From: a virus
Lineage: Duplodnaviria > Caudoviricetes
Length of the DNA stretch: 34,095 nt
Direction: 5' to 3' (one strand)
IMG/VR virus record: IMGVR_UViG_3300012041_000046
Location: 1 to 34,095 of that record
A model generated the notes under the pieces. That model was not told the origin of the DNA and made no database searches. It was given only the letters and a program-made list of their open reading frames with translations. How positions within the stretch are numbered: the stretch's first letter is position 1; each line of letters starts with the position of its first letter. The translations under genes were made by a program, and so were the position numbers. Of this stretch, positions 27,032 through 34,095 are shown one piece after another.

Positions 27032-27294
27032 TGCGCGCCGACGTGGCGACGTTCGTGCTCGCGATGACCGACCCGATGGCAACGCCGGGCGAGGTGTCGG
27101 CGGCGATGGCGTGGTGGGATCGCGAGGTGTACGCCTGGCGCGACGCCCGAGGCGAGCTGACCGACGCCGACCGGTGGGCGCACTACCTGAACGACCGGGC
27201 CGGCATCGTGCTGGAACAGCGGGACGGCTGCGGGCAGGTGTGTGTCAGCTACCGGGAACCGGCGCCGCCCGAGCTGCGGGAGCTGGCTGTCTGA
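27031..27294 (+). CDS. Hypothetical protein
   Basis: TGATG-coupled at both ends (MRADVATFVL...). Confidence 0.55.
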   Translation: MRADVATFVLAMTDPMATPGEVSAAMAWWDREVYAWRDARGELTDADRWAHYLNDRAGIVLEQRDGCGQVCVSYREPAPPELRELAV

Positions 27295-27776
27295 TGGCCG
27301 GGATTCTGCGGGGCACGTTCGCCGGCGAGGTGCTGATAGATAACGCCGAGCTGCAGCGGGTCCTGACCGGGACCGGCGGCCCCGTCGTGGACGCCCTGAT
27401 GGTCGCCGGGCAGATAGTCAAACAGGGCGCCCAGCGGCGCGTCGGGGTGTGGCGGCAGGACCCCGCCGACCCGCTACCCCCCCGTCGGGGCGGCCGGCGT
27501 GGCGGCACGCTGCGGGACAGCATCGTGACCCGCCTGGTGACCGGCGGCGCCGAGGGTGTCATGGTGCTGGTCGGCAGCGAGGACCCGATAGCCCTGATCC
27601 ACCACGAAGGCACCGAGCCGCACCCGATCCACGCGCGGCGTAAACCGTTCCTGGTGTTCTATTGGCCGAAAACGGCCAGGGTGATGCGGCTGCGGTCGGT
27701 GAATCACCCAGGCACCCAGCCGAACCGCTACCTGACCGACAGCCTGGCCGACCTGAAAGGGACATTTCCCGCATGA
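27294..27776 (+). CDS. HK97 gp10-like tail completion protein
   Basis: GTLRDSI, HEGT-x-PH-x-I-x-A, L-x-F and V-x-HPGTQPNRYL. Confidence 0.75.
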   Translation: MAGILRGTFAGEVLIDNAELQRVLTGTGGPVVDALMVAGQIVKQGAQRRVGVWRQDPADPLPPRRGGRRGGTLRDSIVTRLVTGGAEGVMVLVGSEDPIALIHHEGTEPHPIHARRKPFLVFYWPKTARVMRLRSVNHPGTQPNRYLTDSLADLKGTFPA

Positions 27777-28225
27777 CTGACCGACGCCGCACGTTCACGT
27801 TCGCCAGCGAGCCCGCCGAGCCGCTGAATTTCACCCTGGAAGGGACCTACGCGGTGGTGCCGCCGGCGCCCGAGGCGAACGGCGCGCGGCCACGAAAGGG
27901 GAAGGCGTCGGCCGAGGTGGCCGAGCCCGAGCTGCCGGCGGGCACGTGGCGGGAATCGTTCGACTGTTTTCCGATGACCGCGCCGCAGTCGCTGGCCGAC
28001 CTGGCGCTGGCCCGCCGGGTGACCGCCGAGGGGGAACCGGTTTGGAACGCCCCCGCAATCATCGGTTTCATTCGCCGCTGCCTGCTCACCGACGACGACA
28101 AACAGCGATTCGCTGCGCTGATGAACGACCCGAACAGGGCGGTGACTATCGACCAGCTCGGGCAGGTGCTGATTTGGCTGGGCGAGGTTTACACCGAACG
28201 CCCTACCGAACCGTCCTACACCTGA
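27773..28225 (+). CDS. Tail assembly chaperone (gpG-like)
   Basis: Upstream of the tape measure, ends ...YTERPTEPS; ATGA-coupled with SD GAAAGG. Confidence 0.7.
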   Translation: MTDRRRTFTFASEPAEPLNFTLEGTYAVVPPAPEANGARPRKGKASAEVAEPELPAGTWRESFDCFPMTAPQSLADLALARRVTAEGEPVWNAPAIIGFIRRCLLTDDDKQRFAALMNDPNRAVTIDQLGQVLIWLGEVYTERPTEPSYT

Positions 28226-28536
28226 CCGCCTGGGCCATCACCCATGCGGCCTACGTGAACGGGCGGCTAAGACTGGCGGGGATCACCGAGGCCGGCGACC
28301 TGGGCGAGCTGCTGGACCTGATCCATGCGCTGTTCGTGGATTCACCGCCGCAGCTGCAGCACGGCGCCGAGCTGCTGGACCAGCCATTCTGGAATGAGCG
28401 CGCCGAATGGGGGCGCACGTCCGCGGCGCAGCGCGGCCACGCTGCAATGATGGCGCTGGCTGGCGGTCCCGCGCCCATGCGGGACCCCGACGCGCAGCGA
28501 CCGGCACGCCGGCCGGCCGAGCAAACCGAGGGGTAA
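28201..28536 (+). CDS. Tail assembly chaperone extension (gpT-like, -1 frame)
   Basis: The -1 frame is open across the gpG stop (PYRTVLHLTAWA...), has no SD-associated start and ends 3 nt before the tape measure. The start given is the candidate shift site. Confidence 0.55.
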   Translation, partial: PYRTVLHLTAWAITHAAYVNGRLRLAGITEAGDLGELLDLIHALFVDSPPQLQHGAELLDQPFWNERAEWGRTSAAQRGHAAMMALAGGPAPMRDPDAQRPARRPAEQTEG

Positions 28537-28539
28537 CGG

Positions 28540-31500
28540 GTGGCCGTAGTCGGCAGCGCGTTCATTCAGATTCGCGGCGACACCAGCAAGCTGGCCGCCG
28601 ACATCGCGAGCGCGAACCTGACCCCCGCGGCGCTGCGGCTGTCCCGCCAGCTGGAAGCGCCGTTCGCGGCGGTGGCCGACCGTATCGGCGCCGACCTTTC
28701 GGGGGCGCTGGACCAGGTGCCGACCGACCTGCAGCTGGCCCTGGACATTGACACCGACCCGGCCGAGCGCGAGCTGCGCGAGCTGGAAGGCGCCGCCGAC
28801 AGCGTGGACCTGCAGTTCCCGACGCCCGACCTGGACGTGGACCCGCTGCTGGCCGACATTCGGAAGATAGAGGCCGAGGCCGAACGGGCCGCGCAGCGCA
28901 TCGCGGGGATCGAATCGGCTGGCGCGAAAGCGGCGAAGCTCGGCGGGCTGCTGACCCTCGGGGTGACCGCGCCGCTGCTGCTCGCCGGGCGGGCTGCGAT
29001 CAGCAGCGCGACCGACATTGAACGGTCGCTGTCGCAGGTGATCGGCCTGGCCGGCGGGACCGTCGATGACGTGGAAGCTGCCAGCGGGCGGCTGCGGACC
29101 CTCGCCGGCGAAACCGGGAAAGACATCGGGGACCTGGGCGACGCGCTGCTGGCGATTTTCTCGGCGGGGTTCACCGGCGAGGCCGCGCTGCAGGTGCTGG
29201 AAGTGTCGGGGCGCGCGGCGGCTGCGGGGCTGGGCGAAACCCGCGACGTGGCGAACGCGGTGACGAACGCGCTGGGGGCCTACGGCGCCGACGTGCTGAC
29301 CGCCGCCGAGGCGACCGACGTGCTGGTTAACACCGTCAAGGAAGGAAAGGCCGAGGCGAGCGAGCTGGCGCCGCAGTTCGGCCGGCTGCTGCCCGTCGCG
29401 AGCGAGCTGGGCATTTCGTTCGCTGACGTGGGCGCCGGCCTGGCGTTCCTGACCCGATCCAGCGGTGACGCCTCGCTGTCGGCCACCCAGCTCTCGGGCA
29501 TCATGCAAAAGCTGCTGAAACCGAGCAAGGAAGGCGCCGAGGCGCTGGCCGCGGCGGGGTTCGCCAGCGACGACCTGCGCAAATCGCTGCGCGAGCGGGG
29601 CCTGCTGTCCACCCTGGTGGACATTCGCGGGTCGCTGGAAGCCACCGGGGGTTCGCTGACCCAGGTTTTCGAGGACGCCGAGGGGCTGACGGGTGTGCTG
29701 TCCCTGACCGCCGACAGCGGCGAGGCCGCGGCGACGGTGTTCGACAACCTGGCCGACAGCACCGGGACGCTGGACACCGCGTTTGACGCGTTCAGCGGGA
29801 CGAACGCCGCGAAGCTGGACCGCGCCAGCGCCGAATTCAGCGTGGCGATGGAACGAATCGGGGCGGTGGCGCTGCCGGTTCTGGCGTCGGTGCTGGGATT
29901 CGTCGGTGACCTGGTGGGGGTGTTCAGCGGGCTGCCCGGCCCGGTGCAGCAGGCCGCTGTCGCCGCCCTGGCGCTGACCGCCGCAGTTGGCCCGCTGCTC
30001 GCGATAGGCGGGAAGCTCGCGCAGAACTTCCAGCTGCTCATGCGGCTGTCCCCGACCCTTTCGGCGCGGCTGTCGGGGATCGAAACGGGCGGGGCGACCG
30101 GCCGCCTCGGGCAGCTGGCCGGCGCCGCCGGCATTCTCGCGACCGCCGCGGTAGTCGGCGGGGGGATCATCGCCAGCCGCCTGAAAAACGACGCCCAGGC
30201 CACCGAGGATTTCCTGGGCGGCGTCGTGGACAGCGTGAATGAGGCCGCCGCCAGCGGCGATTTCGACGCGCTGGACGCCAAAATTGGGGCGATCAATGAC
30301 GGCATCGTGGAACTGGGCGACACCCTGAGCGGTTCGCAGAACCCGCTGGACGGGTTCAAGCGGCGCCAGCTGCGCGACGGGATAGAGGGGCTGCAGGGCA
30401 TCGGGAACGCCGCGGTGGCGCTGCGCGACAAGGCGGTGCAGCTAGCCGACCAGCTGCGCATCACCCGCGATGAGGCGCTGGGCCTGGCGCAGGCCGGCCC
30501 CGAGGCCGTCGCCGCGTTCCAGCGGCAGCGGGGCGCCCTGCAGTTCGACATAGACCCGATCCAGGCGGCGGCGTCGGCGGTGGACGCCCTGCAGACAGCG
30601 TTCCTGCGGGGCGAGGATACGGCGCAGCTGTTCGCTGACGCGCAGGTGCTGACCGGCGCGACGGCCGACGAATTGAGCGAATCGCTGGAAGCTCTCGGGG
30701 GCCGAGCGAATGAGTTGGGCGACCAGTTCGTGCAGGGGCTGGGCGGCCTGACGGCGGCGTTCGAAACGACGTTCGGGGACGAAATCCCCGACACCCTGGA
30801 CGCTTTCTTTACGAGCTTTCAGGAACAGACTGCGGCGGCGCTGACGTTCACCGCGAACATTGAACAGCTGATAGCGCGCGGCGCGCTCGGGCTGGCGGCG
30901 TCGTTCAGCGCGCAGGGCCTGGCCGCCGCCGACCTGGCCGCCGAGGCCGTCGCGCAAACCGACGCGGCGCTGGCCGAATCAGAAACGAAATTCGCTTTTC
31001 TGCAGGCGCTGCAGGGGACCGCCGAGCAGCGCAGCCGGGCGTTCGCGACCCGGCTGACCGACGACACCGCCAAGCTGGTGGACGCCCTGCCGAATCAGGA
31101 CGACATCACCCGCCGGCTGACCGAGGCGCTGGCGCAGGGCGACGACGCCTTTTTCGAGGAACTGGACCGCATCGCGCAGGAAGCCAAACAGGTGGCGGCC
31201 GCCAGTTTCCCCGGCGTCGGGGAGGCAATCGCGCTCGGCGTCGGCGCCGGCCTGGTCGCTGAAATCGACAAGGTGAAAGCGGCGGCGCAGCGGGTCGTGG
31301 ACGAAACGCTGGGGGTGTTCGACCTGGGGTTTGATTTCGGCAGCCCGAGCAAGGTGACCAGGCGCATGGGTGTGCTGGTCGCGCAGGGCCTGGCCGTCGG
31401 GATCGAGCAGGAACTGGGCCGCACCGACCTGGGCCTGGACGCGTTCCTGCGGCAGCTGCCCGACGCCGGCACCGTCGCCGCGTTCCAGGGGGTGCGGGCG

Positions 31501-31677
31501 CCGGTCGGCATCCCGAGCCCGGCGCAGCCACCCAGCTCGCAGCCCGGCCAGGTGGCCGCCGGCGGCGTGACGTTCGGGGACATAATCGTGCCGGTCCCGC
31601 CGGGCGCGACACCCGCCGAGCAGGCGGCAGCGGTCGGGAAATACGTGGCCTGGGCCGTGACGGGGGCGACAGCGTGA
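28540..31677 (+). CDS. Tape measure protein (TP901-family core)
   Basis: 1045 aa, Ala/Gly-rich; VGSAFIQIRGDT N-terminus, LTLGVTAPL, AxELGISFxDV..LAFLT and SPSKV near the C-terminus. Confidence 0.92.
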   Translation: MAVVGSAFIQIRGDTSKLAADIASANLTPAALRLSRQLEAPFAAVADRIGADLSGALDQVPTDLQLALDIDTDPAERELRELEGAADSVDLQFPTPDLDVDPLLADIRKIEAEAERAAQRIAGIESAGAKAAKLGGLLTLGVTAPLLLAGRAAISSATDIERSLSQVIGLAGGTVDDVEAASGRLRTLAGETGKDIGDLGDALLAIFSAGFTGEAALQVLEVSGRAAAAGLGETRDVANAVTNALGAYGADVLTAAEATDVLVNTVKEGKAEASELAPQFGRLLPVASELGISFADVGAGLAFLTRSSGDASLSATQLSGIMQKLLKPSKEGAEALAAAGFASDDLRKSLRERGLLSTLVDIRGSLEATGGSLTQVFEDAEGLTGVLSLTADSGEAAATVFDNLADSTGTLDTAFDAFSGTNAAKLDRASAEFSVAMERIGAVALPVLASVLGFVGDLVGVFSGLPGPVQQAAVAALALTAAVGPLLAIGGKLAQNFQLLMRLSPTLSARLSGIETGGATGRLGQLAGAAGILATAAVVGGGIIASRLKNDAQATEDFLGGVVDSVNEAAASGDFDALDAKIGAINDGIVELGDTLSGSQNPLDGFKRRQLRDGIEGLQGIGNAAVALRDKAVQLADQLRITRDEALGLAQAGPEAVAAFQRQRGALQFDIDPIQAAASAVDALQTAFLRGEDTAQLFADAQVLTGATADELSESLEALGGRANELGDQFVQGLGGLTAAFETTFGDEIPDTLDAFFTSFQEQTAAALTFTANIEQLIARGALGLAASFSAQGLAAADLAAEAVAQTDAALAESETKFAFLQALQGTAEQRSRAFATRLTDDTAKLVDALPNQDDITRRLTEALAQGDDAFFEELDRIAQEAKQVAAASFPGVGEAIALGVGAGLVAEIDKVKAAAQRVVDETLGVFDLGFDFGSPSKVTRRMGVLVAQGLAVGIEQELGRTDLGLDAFLRQLPDAGTVAAFQGVRAPVGIPSPAQPPSSQPGQVAAGGVTFGDIIVPVPPGATPAEQAAAVGKYVAWAVTGATA

Positions 31678-32117
31678 GCAGCGACGGGGTGACGGTGACG
31701 CTGCGCACCCTGACGTTCGGGGACGGCACCGATTACTGCTGGGGGGCGCAGGGGATCAGCGGGCTGGGCGAACCCCCGGTGCGGAATAACGACGTGATCC
31801 GCGGGCACGCCGACGGCAGCGTGGGCCAAAACGATTACCGCGACGTGCGGCTGCTGACGTTTGACGTGGTGATCGGCCCGAAACCCGACGGGACGCTGCT
31901 GGACCCGGCCGACGTGCTGACCGCGACCGACGCGCTGATAGCGGCGTGGGCGCCGAGCGACGTGGACCTGACCCTGGCAATGGACATTTTCGGCACGGTG
32001 TGGACGTTCCTGGGCCGGCCCGACGGGCTGACGCTGGACACCTCGGCGCTGCTGAAAGGGCTGCGCACGTTCAGGGCGCTGGGCGCATTCCGCTGCCCCG
32101 ACCCGGCCCGCTACTAA
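31674..32117 (+). CDS. Distal tail (Dit-like) protein
   Basis: Follows the tape measure; GISGL..PPVR, DG...G.DY...R.L, GRP and F-x-CPDP-x-RY. Confidence 0.7.
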   Translation: MSSDGVTVTLRTLTFGDGTDYCWGAQGISGLGEPPVRNNDVIRGHADGSVGQNDYRDVRLLTFDVVIGPKPDGTLLDPADVLTATDALIAAWAPSDVDLTLAMDIFGTVWTFLGRPDGLTLDTSALLKGLRTFRALGAFRCPDPARY

Positions 32118-32128
32118 GGTCGCCGCCG

Positions 32129-32326
32129 ATGCCCGAACCGACCGCCGAACCGCTATTCGACCCGACGACCGGGAAGCTGCGGGACCGGGCCGGGCTGCTG
32201 TCCACCGCGCGGGGGATCGGCCCGGCCGGCGAGCAGCTGCTGGCCGACACCGCCGACGCGCGGGTGACCCGCACCGATGCCGGCGTGAACGTGCAGCTGC
32301 GAGGCGTGGACGTGGGGGGCAGCTGA
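32129..32326 (+). CDS. Hypothetical protein
   Basis: ATG 32129 after TAAGGT; TGATG-coupled downstream. Confidence 0.5.
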   Translation: MPEPTAEPLFDPTTGKLRDRAGLLSTARGIGPAGEQLLADTADARVTRTDAGVNVQLRGVDVGGS

Positions 32327-32754
32327 TGGCGTCGGGGCTGAACCTGACCACCTGGCTGGCGTGGGCGCAGGCCGCCATCGTGCTGGACCTGGAAAGCGGC
32401 GGCGACACCGTGAAATGCGCGGCGTTCGACGGCAGCCCGGTCCCGAACCTGGACACCGACACCATTTACGGCGCCGCGCCGTGGAACGCCGGCGAGCTGG
32501 CCGGCGGCGGGTACAGCGCCGGCGGGGCGACCGTCGCCGGCATCGCGTACACCATCGAATCCACCCGGCTGGTGCTGCGGCATACCGCAATGTCAACCGC
32601 GAACGTGACGGGGGACCTGCGCTACCTGGTGTTTTGGGATGACACCGTGGGCGACCGGGTGGTGTTCGTGGCCGACCTGGGGCAGGAATTCCCGCTGCTG
32701 GCCGAGCCGCTGAACGTGAGCAGCCCCGACGGCCTTTACCGCATAAGGCGCTAA
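32326..32754 (+). CDS. Putative tail structural protein
   Basis: DTVK-x-A...D-x-D...E..GGGYSAGG motif, common in phage tail-region proteins. Confidence 0.6.
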   Translation: MASGLNLTTWLAWAQAAIVLDLESGGDTVKCAAFDGSPVPNLDTDTIYGAAPWNAGELAGGGYSAGGATVAGIAYTIESTRLVLRHTAMSTANVTGDLRYLVFWDDTVGDRVVFVADLGQEFPLLAEPLNVSSPDGLYRIRR

Positions 32755-32760
32755 CCGCCG

Positions 32761-34095
32761 GTGGCGACGTTCGTGCTGACCGCCCATGACGCGGTGGCGT
32801 CCTACCCGACGCTGCGGGGCAGCGGGCACCCGCTGAACGTGACGCTGCAGGTGTGGGAGGCGGTGACCGAGCACAGGGCGAGCCCGCTGCCGGGCTGGAC
32901 TGGACCTGGCCCCGTCGTCGCGGGCCTGGTGCCGCCGCCGCTGGACCCGGCCGGCGACTGGTCGTGCGCGGTCGGCGCCGCCGACGGCACCCTGTTCGGG
33001 GCGCTGGACGCCACCGCTGTCAGCCTCGGCTGGGAGCTGAACGGGCTGGGGACCGACAGCGTTTACATGGCCGCGCACGCCCCGACCGCGGCGCTGCTGT
33101 TCGACGCGCAGGGCAATTTCCTGGACGGCCGCGAGGTGGAGATTTACCACGACGGCGACTACGTGAAATCGACGGTGCCGATGCCCAGGCAGGCGCCGGG
33201 GCCGACGACGCTGGACCTTTCGGGGCCGGGGTTCGCTTACCCGCTGCGCCGCCGGTACGTGGGCCGGCTGAACCCGGCGCCGAACCTGGCCGTTAACCCG
33301 ACATTCGCGACCGACCTGGCTGGCTGGACGACGTTTGGCGGTGCGGTCGCCACGTGGGTCCCGAGCCCGACCAGCGACGCGGGGGTGGGCGCCGCCCAGC
33401 TCTCGCTGTCATCGGTCGGGTTCGGTGGAATCCAGCAGGACATACCGGTGGGCGGCTACCCGTTCGACACTTTCGTATGGGTGACCGCGTGGGTGAACGT
33501 CGCCGCGGCGGTGGCCGACTACATGGTGCCGCCCGACCAGGCCGGCATTCAGATCGAGCTTTTCGTGGGCGGGGTGTCGGTGTGGACGCAGATACCCGAG
33601 CCCGAGAACGGCCCCGACTGGCGGATAAAAGACCGCTACCAGCGGGTTCGTATGAAGGTCTACATACCCGCCAGCGGGGCCATGACGATGCGGCTGCAGC
33701 TGCGAGCCCCCGAGAACGTGGCGTTTTGGGATCAGGTCTACGTTCACCAGGAAGAAAGGCTTTACGCCGCCGGCGACCCGGCCACCGTCGCCACGCTGCT
33801 GGTGTCGCACGCGCAGGATACGGGGATAGGAAAAACGGACCTGTTCATAGGGTCCCGCACCGAATGGGGCGGCAGCGTCAACCTGACCAGGGCGTACAAA
33901 TACAGCAGCCGGGCGAATATCTGGACGGCGCTGGGCGAAATGGCGACCCTGGAAGGCGGCATAGATTTCCTGCCCGAGCAGCCGGCCCGCACGACCCGCG
34001 AAATCGTGCACTACGCCCGCGACGGGTTCGAACCGTCGGCGGGCCGCGCCGAGATTCGCTGGGGGTGGAACATCGCCAGTTACGGGTGGGCGTGG
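32761..34095 (+). CDS. Minor tail / baseplate hub protein with inserted carbohydrate-binding-like module (3'-truncated)
   Basis: Open frame from GTG 32761 to the window end (absent from the ORF track because it has no stop). Motifs ELNG-x-G, LRRR, NLAVNPTF-x-TDLAGW (CBM4/9-like start) and AL-x-E.A.LEGG-x-DF. Confidence 0.7.
   Translation, partial: MATFVLTAHDAVASYPTLRGSGHPLNVTLQVWEAVTEHRASPLPGWTGPGPVVAGLVPPPLDPAGDWSCAVGAADGTLFGALDATAVSLGWELNGLGTDSVYMAAHAPTAALLFDAQGNFLDGREVEIYHDGDYVKSTVPMPRQAPGPTTLDLSGPGFAYPLRRRYVGRLNPAPNLAVNPTFATDLAGWTTFGGAVATWVPSPTSDAGVGAAQLSLSSVGFGGIQQDIPVGGYPFDTFVWVTAWVNVAAAVADYMVPPDQAGIQIELFVGGVSVWTQIPEPENGPDWRIKDRYQRVRMKVYIPASGAMTMRLQLRAPENVAFWDQVYVHQEERLYAAGDPATVATLLVSHAQDTGIGKTDLFIGSRTEWGGSVNLTRAYKYSSRANIWTALGEMATLEGGIDFLPEQPARTTREIVHYARDGFEPSAGRAEIRWGWNIASYGWAW

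Noticed and set aside
27043-32777. 17-bp exact repeat GTGGCGACGTTCGTGCT (27043 and 32761)
   Set aside because: This length is within chance for a 34-kb high-GC, codon-biased sequence.

Overview
High-GC tailed-phage (siphovirus-type) DNA, most likely from an Actinomycetota host. The window covers the packaging and virion-morphogenesis arm. In order: a terminase small-subunit-like gene and terL; a ~6.4-kb accessory block of about 20 small genes (MerR-like regulator, DEDDh exonuclease, Zn-motif proteins, secreted lytic transglycosylase, DUF1360); a ~1350-aa portal fused to MuF-like, ParB/Srx-like and HEXXH metallopeptidase domains, followed by a coupled small Cys/His protein; a capsid maturation protease; two capsid proteins (hexamer/pentamer type, resembling mycobacteriophage cluster B); a repeat-containing fibre-like protein; the major tail protein and head-tail adaptor; a five-enzyme glycosyltransferase/methyltransferase cassette inside the neck genes; tail terminator, HK97-gp10-like and tail chaperone genes (probable -1 frameshift); a TP901-type tape measure; a Dit-like gene; and a truncated minor tail protein. 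I saw no integrase, tRNA, rRNA, CRISPR or reverse transcriptase. The main points of interest are the putative virion glycan-modification cassette, the portal-MuF-effector fusion with its partner gene, a two-state RNA structure upstream of the portal, many leaderless TAnnnT promoters, and a sense/antisense overlapping gene pair. All protein calls come from motifs recognised by eye; no database searches were run.
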